This document shows, piece by piece, positions 41,831 to 53,318 of a stretch of 64,000 bases of DNA. The position numbers and the translations under genes are program-made. The stretch is from an uncultured delta proteobacterium (GTDB lineage: Bacteria; Myxococcota_A; Polyangia; Polyangiales; Polyangiaceae). The DNA lies in contig CAWJCS010000003.1 in assembly GCA_963841435.1 (NCBI GenBank), positions 800,001 through 864,000 of the forward strand. Reading direction: 5' to 3'. Below the pieces are notes generated by a model. The model made no database searches. It saw only the letters and a list, made by a program, of their open reading frames with translations, and was not told the origin of the DNA. Position 1 is the first letter of the stretch; every line of letters starts with the position of its first letter.

Positions 41831-44800
41831 ATGGCGTCAACCGACGAGGAGCACGAATCCGCAACAGAACCCGTCACGGGCGTCAGTGAGTCTGGGGCCG
41901 CCAGCGACGCAACCCTGGGCGCCTTCCCGGTCGTGGGCATCGGCGCCTCGGCCGGCGGATTGGCTGCGTTCGAGGCGTTCTTCTCGGGCATGCCCGCCGA
42001 CGCGGAGAGCGGCATGGCGTTCGTCTTGGTGCAGCACCTGTCACCGGACCACAAGAGCATCCTCTCGGAGTTGGTGAAGCGCTACACGAGCATGGAGGTG
42101 TTCGAGGTCCAGGACGGGATGAGGGTTAGGCCCAACTGCGCCTACATCATTCCACCCAACCGCGACATGGCTTTCCTGCACGGCACGCTCCGCCTTCTGG
42201 AGCCTGCCGAGGCGCGCGGCCAACGCCTGCCCATTGACTTCTTTTTCCGCTCGCTGGCCCAAGACCAAGGGGAGCAAGCCGTCTGCATCGTGCTCTCGGG
42301 AACGGGCAGCGACGGCACGCTGGGAGTGCGGGCAATCAAGGGCGAGGGCGGCATGGTGATGATTCAGGACCCCGACACCGCGGAGTACGACGGCATGCCG
42401 CGGAGCGCATTGGCCACGGGCCTGGTGGACTACGTCCTGCCCGCGGACGAGATGGCCGCGCGGCTGATCGCCTACGCCGCCCGTGCCGGGAGAGGCGCGA
42501 GCGGGACAGCCGCGCCTCCGACCGGCAGGACCCATGACGAGCTCGAGAAGATCTTCGTCCTCATTCGCGCGCAGACCGGCCACGACTTTTCCCAGTACAA
42601 GCAGACGACGGTCAGCCGTCGCGTGGAGCGGCGCATGGCAGTCCAGCAGATCGAGCGTTTGGACAGTTATGTGCGCTATCTGCAGCAAACGCCGAGCGAG
42701 GTCAACGCGCTCTTTCGCGATCTGTTGATCGGCGTCACCCAGTTTTTCCGCGACCCCGTCGCATTCGCCGCCTTGGACGCCGAGGGCATTGCCCCGCTGT
42801 TCCTCGCCGCGCCGACCGGAGCGGTAATCCGTGTGTGGGTCGCGGGCTGTTCGACCGGTGAAGAGGCTTATTCCGTCGCGATCCTCATGCGTGAGCGACT
42901 CGAAGCCACGAACAAGAGCTTTCAGCTGCAGGTTTTCGCGACCGACATCGACGCGCGAGCGATTCAGGTCGCCCGCGCCGGGACCTATCCCGCCAGTATC
43001 GTCAGCGACATCAGCCCCGAGCGGCTGTCGCGCGAGTTCTCGGAGCTCGACGACGGCAGCTATCGCGTACGGCAGGCCATTCGTGATCTCGTGATCTTCT
43101 CCGAGCAAGACATGCTCAAGGATCCCCCATTTTCGCGGCTCGACCTCGTTTGCTGTCGCAACGTGATGATCTACATGAGCGCGGACCTGCAGAAGAAGCT
43201 GGTCCCCGTGTTTCACTATGCGCTCAACCGTGGCGGCACGCTGTTTCTGGGCAGCTCCGAAACCGTGGGCGAGTTCGCGGAGCTTTTTTCGCCGTTGAAC
43301 CGCAAGGAGAAGATCTATCGGCGCAGAGACGATGTATTCGGAGCGGCCCATCCGTTCATCGGTCGCGCCTACGCCCCGCCGGAAGCTCGAGGCCGTGGCC
43401 TGCGCCCCCGGCGGCCTTCGGGCGAAAGCAAGCTGCCCATGCGCGAGCTCACGGAGCGTGCGCTTTTGGAAGAAACGCCGGTCGCCGCTCTCGTCAACGA
43501 GCGCGGCGAGCTGCTCTACGTTCACGGACACACGGGGGAGTACCTGGAGCCTGCGCCGGGCGAAGCCGGGGTGAACATCCTGAGGATGGCCCGCCCAGGG
43601 CTGCAGCATGCGTTGACCGGCGCTTTGCGCCAGGCCTCGGCGCAGAGCGAGCCGGGCGAGCCGGTGTTCTTGCCGGGTTTGCGGGTCAAGACCAACGGCG
43701 CCTACACCGAGCTCGACCTGACGGTGCGGCCGGTAGCTACCGGCGAGCACGCAGCCGGCGGTCAGCACCTATTTCTGGTGGTTTTCCAACGGGCGCGCCT
43801 CGCGGGGAGTCAAGCGGCCGTCGCATCCGAAGCCGGGGAGGTTCCCGCCGAGCCTCCGGCAGAAAAGGACGCGCGCATCGCGGCGCTTTCGCAGGAGCTT
43901 CGAGCGAGGGACGAATACCTCCGCGCGACTCAGGAGGAAATGCAGACGTCAACCGAGGAGCTGCGCTCCGCGAACGAGGAGCTGCAGTCGACGAACGAAG
44001 AATTGCAGTCGACGAACGAAGAGCTCGAAACCTCCAAGGAGGAGCTGCAGTCGGTGAACGAGGAGCTAGCGACCGTCAACACCGAGCTCCAAAGCAAGGT
44101 GCTCGACCTGTCTCAGGCCAACAACGACATGAACAACCTGTTGGCCGGCACGGGCATCGGCACCGTCTTCGTCGATCACCAGCTGCGCATTCGGCGTTTT
44201 ACTCCTGCCGTCACTCAATTCATCAACCTGATCCAGACGGACGTCGGGCGTCCGCTCGGCCACATCGTATCCAATCTCGTGAGCTACGATGGTCTGGTCG
44301 CCGACGTGCAAGCCGTGTTGGACACGCTTGCGCCCAGGGAGATCGAAGTCGAGACGCGCGCGGGCGCTGCCTATCGCCTGCGCATCCGGCCGTATCGGAC
44401 GTTGGAAAACGTCGTCGAGGGCGCGGTCATCACCTTCACGGAAGTCACCGCGCTCAAGGACGCTCAAATCGCGCTGCGCGAGGCGGATGCTCTGCGCAAG
44501 TTGGCGGGAGCGTTGCGTGACGCAGAGGACGCGATCGTGGTGCAGGATTTCCAGGGTCGCATCTTGGCTTTCAATCCAAGCGCCGTGAGGCTGTACGGCT
44601 GGAGCGAGGCCGAGGCACTGACGATGAACGCCAGCGCGCTCGTGCCAGAGAGTCAGCGCGAGCAGGCTCTGCCCGTCGTCCACCGACTCGCTGATGCTCG
44701 AGTGCTCGAGCCACTCTGCACTCAGCGCCTCACAAAGGGTGGCGATATCGTGGAGATAGCACTGACTGCCACGACGCTGGTGAGCGCGTCGGGAGGCACC

Positions 44801-44836
44801 TATGGTATTCTGACCGTCGAAAGGGGAAGAGATTGA
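41831..44836 (+). CDS. CheB/CheR fusion with coiled coil and PAS domains
   Basis: [20 protein letters not shown] (CheB); [24 protein letters not shown] (CheR); NEELQST heptads; PAS. Confidence 0.95.
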   Translation: MASTDEEHESATEPVTGVSESGAASDATLGAFPVVGIGASAGGLAAFEAFFSGMPADAESGMAFVLVQHLSPDHKSILSELVKRYTSMEVFEVQDGMRVRPNCAYIIPPNRDMAFLHGTLRLLEPAEARGQRLPIDFFFRSLAQDQGEQAVCIVLSGTGSDGTLGVRAIKGEGGMVMIQDPDTAEYDGMPRSALATGLVDYVLPADEMAARLIAYAARAGRGASGTAAPPTGRTHDELEKIFVLIRAQTGHDFSQYKQTTVSRRVERRMAVQQIERLDSYVRYLQQTPSEVNALFRDLLIGVTQFFRDPVAFAALDAEGIAPLFLAAPTGAVIRVWVAGCSTGEEAYSVAILMRERLEATNKSFQLQVFATDIDARAIQVARAGTYPASIVSDISPERLSREFSELDDGSYRVRQAIRDLVIFSEQDMLKDPPFSRLDLVCCRNVMIYMSADLQKKLVPVFHYALNRGGTLFLGSSETVGEFAELFSPLNRKEKIYRRRDDVFGAAHPFIGRAYAPPEARGRGLRPRRPSGESKLPMRELTERALLEETPVAALVNERGELLYVHGHTGEYLEPAPGEAGVNILRMARPGLQHALTGALRQASAQSEPGEPVFLPGLRVKTNGAYTELDLTVRPVATGEHAAGGQHLFLVVFQRARLAGSQAAVASEAGEVPAEPPAEKDARIAALSQELRARDEYLRATQEEMQTSTEELRSANEELQSTNEELQSTNEELETSKEELQSVNEELATVNTELQSKVLDLSQANNDMNNLLAGTGIGTVFVDHQLRIRRFTPAVTQFINLIQTDVGRPLGHIVSNLVSYDGLVADVQAVLDTLAPREIEVETRAGAAYRLRIRPYRTLENVVEGAVITFTEVTALKDAQIALREADALRKLAGALRDAEDAIVVQDFQGRILAFNPSAVRLYGWSEAEALTMNASALVPESQREQALPVVHRLADARVLEPLCTQRLTKGGDIVEIALTATTLVSASGGTYGILTVERGRD

Positions 44837-46992
44837 TCGAGCCAACCGACCCGCGCGAAGAGCACCGCGCCGAGGGGGACGTCGGGACCGGCGGTGCGGC
44901 CTTGTCGCCCGAGGCGACCCGCCAGGTGCTTCACGACCTCAGGGTGCATCAGATCGAGCTCGAGCTGCAAAACGAGGAGCTGCGCAGAACGCACCTCGCG
45001 CTGGAGGCGTCGCGCTCGCGCTACTTCGACCTCTACGATCTGGCACCGGTGGGCTACGTGTCCTTGCGCCAGTCCGGCACCATTCAGGAGGCAAACCTCA
45101 CCGTCGCGACGTTGCTTGGCGTGGCCCCCGGAGCTCTCGTCGATCAACCGCTCACTCGCTTCATTTTACCGGCGGATCAGGACATCTTTTACCAGCACCA
45201 GAAGCAGCTCTTCAACACGGGCGCCCGACAGGTGTGCGAGCTCAGGATCGCGCGGAGCGACGGCGCGACTTGCTGGGTGCGGTTGGAGGCGACCACCGCA
45301 GAAAAAGTCGAAGGTGTTCGCGTGCATCGCACCGTCGTCAGCGATATTTCCGCGCGCAAGCGGGCCGAGGAAACGCTGCGGGCCAGTGAAGCCCGCCACC
45401 GAATCTTGTTCGAGCAGTCGCACGACGCCCTCATGACGTTGGCGCCCCCTGATTGGCGCTTCACTTCGGGCAATGCGACCACGCTCGCGATGTTCGGTGT
45501 ACCGGACGCCGAGCATCTTCTGGCGCGCGCCCCGAGGGCGTTCTGGCCCGAGCGCCAGTCGGATGGAAGCGTCTCCGTCGAGCGGGCAGAGCTGCTGCTC
45601 GAGACGGCGATGCGCGAAGGCTCTGTCTTCTACGAATGGACGTTCTTGCGCGCTTCCGGCGAACAATTCCCGGCCACGGTGCTCTTGACGCGCCTCGAGA
45701 TCGACGGCCAGCCACTCATCCAGGCCACCGTGCGAGACGAGACCGAGGCGAAGAAATTGCAGGCGATGCTGGCCCAGGCGGACCGATTGGCCAGCATGGG
45801 CATGCTCGCAGGCAGCGTGGCGCACGAGATCAACAATCCGCTCGCGTACGCCATTCACAGGGCCGAAACGCTCGCCGATGAGCTTCCAAAGCTCGCGGTC
45901 AACGCGGAGCGTAGCCTGACTCTGCTGCGAGCGAACGTCGGAGACGAAGTGTTCGAACAGATCGTCGGCGGCGGCCAAACCATGCTGGCCCCGTCCGTAC
46001 TGAACGAGATGGTGGAGCACGTGCGCGAGGCACTCGCGGGCATGCAACGGATCAAGCACATCACCCGGAGCATCGGTGCGTTCTCGCGCGTGGAGAGCGG
46101 CGAGCCGGCGCACGCGGACTTGAACTACGCGATCGAGTGCGCCGCCAAGATGACCGTGAGCGACATCAAGTTTCGAGCCGAGTTGGTCCTCGACCTCGGT
46201 CGGTTGCCCGCGGTGTCGGCGGCGGAGGGCAAGCTTTCGCAAGTCTTCTTGAATTTGCTGATGAATGCAGCCCAAGCCATCGAGGTCGGGCACGTGCGCG
46301 AAAACCGGATCGCGGTCCGCACCTGGGCGAGCGACGGTCAGGTGTTCGCGGAAGTTCGCGACACCGGCAAGGGCATCGCTCCGGCCAATCTGGCGCGCAT
46401 TTTCGATCCCTTCTTTACGACCAAAGCGGTGGGCGTCGGCTCCGGGCTCGGCCTTTCGATCTGCCGGAACATCCTCGCCGAGTTCGGAGGCGATATTCGC
46501 GTCAACAGCGTGCCGGGCCAGGGGACGCGCTTTCTCGTCTGCCTGCCGAGCGACGAACATGCAACGGCCGCGCTCGCTCCGGAGGCTACCGTGAACGCGA
46601 CCCCGCCGACGACGCGCGGGCGGATCCTCGTCGTCGATGACGAGCCGGCGATAACAGCCATGGTCTTGCGGGTGCTGGGGCCCACACACGAGTTCGTCAC
46701 CGCCACTTCGGGCGAGGCTGCGCGGGCCGTCCTGAAGCACGACCAAGCGTTCGATGTGATCCTGTGCGACCTCATGATGCCCGACATCACGGGCGCAGAG
46801 CTTCATGCCTGGCTCGCCGTGCAGTTTCCTCTGCTCGCGGAGCGGGTGGTGTTCGCGAGCGGCGGCGCGTTCGAGCCGAAGACCCGGGACTACCTGAGTC
46901 GCATCGCGAACACGGTGCTCGAGAAGCCGTACCCGCCGTCCGAGCTGAGGGCCATCGTATCGAGAATGATTGCGGCGAAACGCGGCGCCTGA
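44833..46992 (+). CDS. PAS-PAS hybrid histidine kinase
   Basis: HQIELELQNEELR leader, VAHEINNPL, NLLMNAAQA, GSGLGL, C-terminal receiver; start overlaps cheBR stop. Confidence 0.93.
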   Translation: MIEPTDPREEHRAEGDVGTGGAALSPEATRQVLHDLRVHQIELELQNEELRRTHLALEASRSRYFDLYDLAPVGYVSLRQSGTIQEANLTVATLLGVAPGALVDQPLTRFILPADQDIFYQHQKQLFNTGARQVCELRIARSDGATCWVRLEATTAEKVEGVRVHRTVVSDISARKRAEETLRASEARHRILFEQSHDALMTLAPPDWRFTSGNATTLAMFGVPDAEHLLARAPRAFWPERQSDGSVSVERAELLLETAMREGSVFYEWTFLRASGEQFPATVLLTRLEIDGQPLIQATVRDETEAKKLQAMLAQADRLASMGMLAGSVAHEINNPLAYAIHRAETLADELPKLAVNAERSLTLLRANVGDEVFEQIVGGGQTMLAPSVLNEMVEHVREALAGMQRIKHITRSIGAFSRVESGEPAHADLNYAIECAAKMTVSDIKFRAELVLDLGRLPAVSAAEGKLSQVFLNLLMNAAQAIEVGHVRENRIAVRTWASDGQVFAEVRDTGKGIAPANLARIFDPFFTTKAVGVGSGLGLSICRNILAEFGGDIRVNSVPGQGTRFLVCLPSDEHATAALAPEATVNATPPTTRGRILVVDDEPAITAMVLRVLGPTHEFVTATSGEAARAVLKHDQAFDVILCDLMMPDITGAELHAWLAVQFPLLAERVVFASGGAFEPKTRDYLSRIANTVLEKPYPPSELRAIVSRMIAAKRGA

Positions 46993-47047
46993 CTGGGCTC
47001 CGCCGGTCCAGCGTCACCCGCATGGGTCCCCTGAGCCCCCTCAGCCC

Positions 47048-47067
47048 GCGCAACCCATGAGTTGCGC
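47048..47067. promoter_or_regulatory. Palindrome GCGCAAC-N6-GTTGCGC, candidate operator
   Basis: Intergenic dyad matching the one at 8457-8476. Confidence 0.35.
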
Positions 47068-47388
47068 AAGTTGCGCGCGCCTCGCCCACGCTGGCCTGCT
47101 GCTGACCCCTCACGCGTGCTACCCTCGCTAGGTTCACCTGAGGGCCGCGCCGGGGCGACGCTTGGTACCCGTCACCGATGACTCGGGGCAGGTGTGGTGC
47201 GTGCCGGTGGCGTGTGTCCACGAACGGCCAGTGAAAGAGAGACAAGCCACGGCAGACTCGCTAGCCCGCACTGCGGCGCGCGGCGCTCACTACTCGTCGG
47301 CGCACTGCGCGGCCAGGGGTACGACGTCATCGAAGCGCGGCGAGCCCGGGCCGCCCGTGGGGGAAACGTGATCATCGACCGAAGGGGT

Positions 47389-48549
47389 ATGCGGGCGCTC
47401 GTGGTGGACGACGACGAGGAGCTCCTCCTCGTCGAGGCGCAGGCCCTGGCCAAAGCCGGCTACGACGTGAGCACGGCTGCGTGCGGGGACGCGGCGGTCC
47501 AGGCCCTGCGTGTCAAAGCTTTCGACGTGATCGTGAGCGACATCGACATGCCGGGGATCAGCGGGCTTGCGCTCCTCGAGCAGGTCCGAATGCAAGATCC
47601 CGACGTCCCGGTGGTGCTGATCACCGGGGCGCCCTCGGTCGAGACGGCGGTGAAGGCCCTCGAGCACGGCGCGCTGCGCTACCTCGTCAAGCCAGTGGAG
47701 CTCGCAACGCTCGTCAAGGTGGCCGACAACGCCGTGCGCTTGCACAGACTGGCCAAGGCGAAGCGCCAAGCGCTCGAGCTGGCGGGCGGCGCCGGACGCT
47801 GGGCTGGCGATCAAGCGGGGCTCATCGCCTCGTTCAACCGAACCATGGCGTCCGCGTACGTCGCCTTTCAGCCCATCGTGGCGTGGCGCAGCCGAGATTT
47901 GTTCGCGTACGAGGTGCTCTTGCGCAGCAACGAGGCGAGCCTGCCGCACCCGGGGGCAGTCATCGACGCCGCCGAGCGGCTCGGGCGGGTGCACGAGCTC
48001 GGGCGCTGGATCCGCCACAAGGCACTCGAACCGCTCGTGGCCCTGCCCGGGCAGGCGCTCCTTTTCATCAATCTTCATCCGCAAGACCTGCTCGATGAAG
48101 AGCTCTTCGACCCACGCAGCCCGCTCACGCGCGTCGCGGGGCGAATCGTCCTGGAGATTACCGAGCGCTTGACGTTGGAAGGGATCCCCGAAGTGCCGAC
48201 GCGCGCAGCCCGGTTGCGCGAGCTCGGTTTTCGGATCGCCATCGACGACCTCGGCTCCGGGTACGCCGGCCTCACCAGCTTTGCCTTGCTCGAGCCCGAG
48301 GTGGTCAAGCTCGACATGCCACTCATCCGCGGACTCGATGACGACCCCACGAAGCGCGCCGTGGTGCGCAGCATGGTCGAGCTGTGCAAGGAGCTTGGCA
48401 TGATCGTCACGGGAGAGGGCGTCGAAACGGAGTTGGAGCGTGACGCGCTCGCCGCGACGGGCTGTGACCTCATGCAAGGCTACCTCTTCGCCAGGCCGGG
48501 CGTCCCGTTCCCGATCCCGAGCTTCGCGCCTGCGTCACTCCGCGGGTAG
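47389..48549 (+). CDS. Response regulator with EAL c-di-GMP phosphodiesterase domain
   Basis: REC (LVVDDD, SDIDMP, KP); FQPIV, YEVLLR, FINL, LEITE, IDDLGSGY, VKLD, EGVET, QGY. Confidence 0.92.
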   Translation: MRALVVDDDEELLLVEAQALAKAGYDVSTAACGDAAVQALRVKAFDVIVSDIDMPGISGLALLEQVRMQDPDVPVVLITGAPSVETAVKALEHGALRYLVKPVELATLVKVADNAVRLHRLAKAKRQALELAGGAGRWAGDQAGLIASFNRTMASAYVAFQPIVAWRSRDLFAYEVLLRSNEASLPHPGAVIDAAERLGRVHELGRWIRHKALEPLVALPGQALLFINLHPQDLLDEELFDPRSPLTRVAGRIVLEITERLTLEGIPEVPTRAARLRELGFRIAIDDLGSGYAGLTSFALLEPEVVKLDMPLIRGLDDDPTKRAVVRSMVELCKELGMIVTGEGVETELERDALAATGCDLMQGYLFARPGVPFPIPSFAPASLRG

Positions 48550-51500
48550 CGGCTCGCCGAAGGGTGCGCCGTCGGACCCGTCGGGGGCGGCCGGCTCGGG
48601 CCCGCGCGACCGCTCGCCCTGATGGTCGGCGGCAATCAGCATGTACAGGCTCGGCACGGCGAACAGTGTGAACAGCGTGCCGATCGACATGCCGCCCACG
48701 AGCACGACGCCGATCGAATTACGCGCGACGGCACCGGGGCCGGTCACGAGCGTCAGCGGGAAGTGGCCGCACACGGTGGCCACCGTCGTCATCAAGATCG
48801 GCCGGAGCCGCGTCACGGCGGCGGCTTGAACGGCGTCGAGCTTCGAGCGCCCCGCGCGCTGCTCCTGATTCGCGAACTCCACGATCAGGATGCCGTTCTT
48901 GGCAATCAGGCCGACGAGCGTGACGAGGCCGACCTGGGAATAGATGTTGAGCGTCGTCGTCCAGCCTTCGGTCAGTCCGAAGCGCATGCCGGGCGGGCCC
49001 GCGAACTTCAGGAAGGTGAAGATGAGCGCGCCGAACATCGCGAGCGGCACGGAGCCGGCGAGCACGACGAACGGATCGCGGAACGAGTTGAACTGCGCCG
49101 CGAGCGCGAGAAAGATGAGCACGACGGCGAGGCCGAACGCCGGCAAAAATTTGCCGGCTTCCTCGCGGAGCTGCCGCGATGCACCCGTGTAGTCGATGCG
49201 GGAGCCGGGCGGCAGGAGCCGCTTGGCCGTGGATTCCAGCACCTTGAGCCCGTTGTCGAGCGAGCGAGGGGCGACGCCCGAGATTTTCACGGCGTTGAGC
49301 TGCTGGAAGCGGTTCAGCGTGCGCGGCTCGATGCCCGTCTTCACGTGCGCGATGGCGCTCAGGGGGATGAGGGTGCCGTTGGGGCCCGAGATGTGGATGT
49401 CGTCGAGCTGATGGGGCGCGAGCCTGCCGGCGCGCTCGACCTCGGGAATGACCTTGTAGCTTCGGCCGTCGATGGTGAAGCGGTTCACGAAATTGCCGCT
49501 CAGCATCGAGCTCAGATCCGAGGCGACCGACTGCATGGTGAGGCCGATCGACGCGATCTTGTCGCGGTCGAGGACGAGCTCGGCCTTCTCCTGATCGATG
49601 CGTACGTCGGTGACGGGCGGGAATGCGAACTCGCCGCTCTTGGCCGCCTCCGCCACCATCTCGTTGGCGATGGCGACGAGCTTTTCGTGATCGGCCGTCG
49701 AGGCAATCACGAGCTCGACGGGGAAAAATCCAGGGCTCGGCAGCGCGGGCGGCAGGAACACCGGCGCGCGGATGCCCGTGATGGTACTCGTCTTCTTGGC
49801 GAGCTCGGCCTGGATCTCGAAGATGCTCCGCGTGCGCTCGTCCCACGGCTTCATGAGCGCGCCGCCGAAGCCGCCGGTCGGAAACGTGATCTGGAAGCTG
49901 TGATCGAACTCGGGAACGGACGAAAACTTCTCGTTGACCTGGGCGGTGTACGGCGTGAGCTGCTCGAGCGTGGCGTTCGCCGGCACGTCGATGGCACCGA
50001 ACACCACGCCCTGATCTTCGCTCGGCGCAAGCTCGGCCGGCGAGAACAGGTAGAGCGGGACGACGGCGAGCGTCAGCACGATCCACACGGTGTAGACCGC
50101 GGGACGCATCGACAGCGTCCCCGAAAGCGCGCGCGCGTACCATGCCTTGATGCGCTCGAACCCGCCGTCGATCAGCCGCGTGAAGCGGCCCTCGGATTGC
50201 CGCGCATGCAAGAGGCGCGACGACATCATCGGCGAGAGCGTGAGCGCGACGACGCCCGAAATGAGCACGGCGCCCGCGAGCGTGAACGCGAACTCGCGGA
50301 ACAGCGCCCCCGTGAGCCCCGCCTGGAAGCCGATCGGCGCGTACACGGCGGCGAGCGTGATGGTCATCGCGATGATCGGTCCGAAAAGCTCGCGGGCGCT
50401 CACGAGCGCCGCCTCGAGCGGCGACTTTCCCTCGTGCACGTTGCGCGCCACGTTCTCGACGACGACGATCGCGTCGTCGACGACGAGCCCGACACTCAGC
50501 ACGATGGCGAGCAGCGTGAGCAGGTTCAGCGTGAAGCCGAACACCTGCATCAAGAACACCGCGCCAATCAGCGACACGGGGATGGCGACGACCGGCACGA
50601 GCACGCTTCTTAGCGAGCCGAGGAACAGGAAGATGACGACCATCACGATGAGGATCGTCTCGATGAGCGTTTGGGTGACCTCGCGAATGGCGTGGTTGAT
50701 GTAGTTCGTCGAGTCGAAGGCGACCTGGGCGCGCATGCCCGTCGGTAGCTCCTCCTGGATCGTCTTCATCTCGTCGCGCACGCGGGCAATCACGTCGAGG
50801 GAGTTCGCGTTGGGCAGCACCCAGACGCCCATGAACACCTGCTTTTGCCCCGTAAAACGCACGTCTTGGTCGTAGCTGTCGGCGCCGAGCGCGACCTCCG
50901 CCACGTCCTCGAGGCGCACGAGCGTGCCGTTCTCGGAGCGCACCACGAGCTTCTTGAAGGTCTCGAGGTCCTGCGCGTCGGTCGTCGCCGTGAGGTTGAC
51001 CTGCACGTACTGACCCTTGGTCTGACCGACGGCCGCGAGCGTGTTGTTGGCGGCGAGCGCGCGACGCACGTCACCGGGGCTCACGTTGAGCGCGGCCATG
51101 CGCCCGGGATTGAGCCACGCCCGGAGCGCGAACGTGCGGCCGCCGAGGATGTCGGCGCGCTGGATGCCCTCGATCGCCGAAAGGCGGGGCTGCACGATAC
51201 GGATGAGGTAGTCCGTCACCTGATTCTGCTCGAGGATGTTCGAGCCGAAGGTGAGGTACATCGCTGCGACGCGCGCGTCGGAAGGCTCGATGCTGATCGA
51301 CGGGATCTCCGCTTCGGGAGGCAGATCGGCGCGCACCTGGTTCACGCGCGCGCTGATGTCGGAGAGCGCGTCGGCCGCCGGGAAATTCAGCTTGAGCCGC
51401 ACGTTGATCGTCGAAATGCCCTGCGTGCTCTGCGATTCGATGTAGTCGATGCCGTCGGCGGCGGCGATGGCGCGCTCGAGCGGCGTCGTGATGAAGCCGC

Positions 51501-51678
51501 GCACGAGGTCGGCGCTCGCGCCCACGTAGACGGTCCGCACCGTGACGGAGGCGCTCTCGAGGCGCGGGTACTGCCGGACATTGAGCGTGCGCACCGCCTG
51601 GAGCCCCGCGATGATGATCACGAGGTTGACGACGATCGCGAGCACGGGCCGTCGAACGAAGACGTCGGTGAGCTTCAT
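48535..51678 (-). CDS. RND efflux permease (AcrB/MexW-like)
   Basis: FVRRPVLA, VGLVVDDAIVVVEN, GLIAKNGILIVEFA, RLRPILMT; 1047 aa. Confidence 0.96.
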   Translation of the reverse strand: MKLTDVFVRRPVLAIVVNLVIIIAGLQAVRTLNVRQYPRLESASVTVRTVYVGASADLVRGFITTPLERAIAAADGIDYIESQSTQGISTINVRLKLNFPAADALSDISARVNQVRADLPPEAEIPSISIEPSDARVAAMYLTFGSNILEQNQVTDYLIRIVQPRLSAIEGIQRADILGGRTFALRAWLNPGRMAALNVSPGDVRRALAANNTLAAVGQTKGQYVQVNLTATTDAQDLETFKKLVVRSENGTLVRLEDVAEVALGADSYDQDVRFTGQKQVFMGVWVLPNANSLDVIARVRDEMKTIQEELPTGMRAQVAFDSTNYINHAIREVTQTLIETILIVMVVIFLFLGSLRSVLVPVVAIPVSLIGAVFLMQVFGFTLNLLTLLAIVLSVGLVVDDAIVVVENVARNVHEGKSPLEAALVSARELFGPIIAMTITLAAVYAPIGFQAGLTGALFREFAFTLAGAVLISGVVALTLSPMMSSRLLHARQSEGRFTRLIDGGFERIKAWYARALSGTLSMRPAVYTVWIVLTLAVVPLYLFSPAELAPSEDQGVVFGAIDVPANATLEQLTPYTAQVNEKFSSVPEFDHSFQITFPTGGFGGALMKPWDERTRSIFEIQAELAKKTSTITGIRAPVFLPPALPSPGFFPVELVIASTADHEKLVAIANEMVAEAAKSGEFAFPPVTDVRIDQEKAELVLDRDKIASIGLTMQSVASDLSSMLSGNFVNRFTIDGRSYKVIPEVERAGRLAPHQLDDIHISGPNGTLIPLSAIAHVKTGIEPRTLNRFQQLNAVKISGVAPRSLDNGLKVLESTAKRLLPPGSRIDYTGASRQLREEAGKFLPAFGLAVVLIFLALAAQFNSFRDPFVVLAGSVPLAMFGALIFTFLKFAGPPGMRFGLTEGWTTTLNIYSQVGLVTLVGLIAKNGILIVEFANQEQRAGRSKLDAVQAAAVTRLRPILMTTVATVCGHFPLTLVTGPGAVARNSIGVVLVGGMSIGTLFTLFAVPSLYMLIAADHQGERSRGPEPAAPDGSDGAPFGEPLPAE

Positions 51679-51716
51679 CTTGGCATCCCTGGACGTGCCT
51701 TCGCGGGCTCCCCCGC

Positions 51717-53021
51717 TCAGCGATTCTCGGGCTTGGGGGAGAGCTCGGGGTGGAGCTTCACGCTCTCGTTGTCGACGACGATGGGGCTGCCGTTGCGGAG
51801 CTTGAAGGCGCCCGAGCTCACGACGTCCTCGCCGATCTTGACGCCGTCGAGCACGGCGACGAAGTCTCCGCGCGTGTCGCCGAGGCGCACGAACTTCTGC
51901 TCGGCAACCTTCTGGGGCTTGCCGTCGGGCCCCGGCTTCTCGCCGACCACGAAGAGGGAGTCACCGAAGGAGGCGTGCACGGGCGCCGTGACGGGCACGG
52001 CCGTGACCTCCTGACGCTCGGGCAAGACCACGGCGACCCGCAGGAACATGCCGGGATGCAGCGGATTTTGCGCGGGCGGGAACTTGGCGCGCACCCTCAC
52101 GCTGCGCGTCGCCGGATCGATCGTCGGATCGACGGCGCTGATCTCACCCGCGACGGGCTCGCCCGTGACGCCCTCTTGCGACGCGCGGACGACCTGGCCG
52201 ACCTGGAGCCTGCCGAGCGCCTCCTGCGGCAGCGTGAAGTCCACGAAGTCGGCGTCGGCCGATTCGAGCACCGCCACGGTCGTCCCCGGGGCGAGATATT
52301 GACCGAGGTTTATCTGACGGAGGCCGAGCCGGCCCGTGAACGGCGCGCGAATGAGCTTGCGCTCGATCTGCGCCTCGAGCTCCGCTTGCTGGGCGGTGAG
52401 GCTCTTGAAGGACGCATCGTTCGAGTCAACCTCGGCCTGCGCAATGACACCCGAGCTGGCGAGTGCCTGGGCACGCGTGAGCTGCGTCTTCGCGAGCTCG
52501 CGGCGCGCGCGGGTCGAGCCGAGCTGCGCGCGCTCGACGCTTGCATCGAGCTGGACCAGGATCTGCCCCTGCCGGACAGCCTGACCGGAATCGAAGTAGA
52601 GCTTCGACACGACGCCGGGTGCGTCGTTCGCGAGGGCGACACCCTTCGCCGAAACGACGCTCGCGACCGCGTTGATTGTCTTCTCCCAGGTCTGCCGTTC
52701 GGCCTTGCGCGTGGCGACCGCCTCGGGGGGCGGGCCTTGCTTCTGCATGGCCTTGCCCGCATTGATGAGCATCGAGATCTGCGAAAACTTGAGGAAACCG
52801 AGCCCGCCGAGCACGACCAAGAGCCCGAGCACGACGGCGAGATAGCGGACGACACGCTTCCCCCGACTGGCGCGCGGACGAGCCGCCGCGACTGGTGACT
52901 CGGGCGGAAGGGACGGCGCCGGCGCCGGCGCTTCGAGGACGAGGGTGCCCGCGGGAACACGCTCGCTGGTCGGGCGCGACTGCCGAGGAACCGAAGGATG
53001 CTCGCGACTGGGAGCGCTCAT
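51717..53021 (-). CDS. RND periplasmic adaptor (membrane fusion protein)
   Basis: GQAVRQGQILVQLD, IRAPFTGRLG, IDPATRSVRVRA, PGMF, V.LG. Confidence 0.93.
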   Translation of the reverse strand: MSAPSREHPSVPRQSRPTSERVPAGTLVLEAPAPAPSLPPESPVAAARPRASRGKRVVRYLAVVLGLLVVLGGLGFLKFSQISMLINAGKAMQKQGPPPEAVATRKAERQTWEKTINAVASVVSAKGVALANDAPGVVSKLYFDSGQAVRQGQILVQLDASVERAQLGSTRARRELAKTQLTRAQALASSGVIAQAEVDSNDASFKSLTAQQAELEAQIERKLIRAPFTGRLGLRQINLGQYLAPGTTVAVLESADADFVDFTLPQEALGRLQVGQVVRASQEGVTGEPVAGEISAVDPTIDPATRSVRVRAKFPPAQNPLHPGMFLRVAVVLPERQEVTAVPVTAPVHASFGDSLFVVGEKPGPDGKPQKVAEQKFVRLGDTRGDFVAVLDGVKIGEDVVSSGAFKLRNGSPIVVDNESVKLHPELSPKPENR

Positions 53022-53131
53022 TGAATGACCCGCAGGTTGACTAGGGCCGGACCCGAGAAAACGCCACTCCCCGTGGACGAAAAAGTCGCGCGACGACACG
53101 CCCGGACAAGAACACCACGCCCCCGGTAGCG

Positions 53132-53146
53132 TTTTGGAAACCAAAA
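53132..53146. promoter_or_regulatory. Candidate operator upstream of the RND operon
   Basis: AT-rich dyad TTTTGG-AAA-CCAAAA about 110 bp upstream of the adaptor start. Confidence 0.4.
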
Positions 53147-53318
53147 GCGACCGGCTCGCCGCCCGGCGGCGGCAGGTTTCTTGCTTCACCCCCCGGCTCG
53201 ACTCAAAGGGATGGCGGCCGGTCACGGGCAATTCCGAGACGACTAAGACCCGCGCGTGACGCACGGTCGGATCCAGCGGGACCGATGGGCACGCCTCGCT
53301 CCGAGCGTGGGGTCGATC

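Noticed and set aside
43965-44075. Near-tandem 21-bp repeats in cheBR
   Set aside because: They encode the ordinary NEELQST coiled-coil heptads of this family
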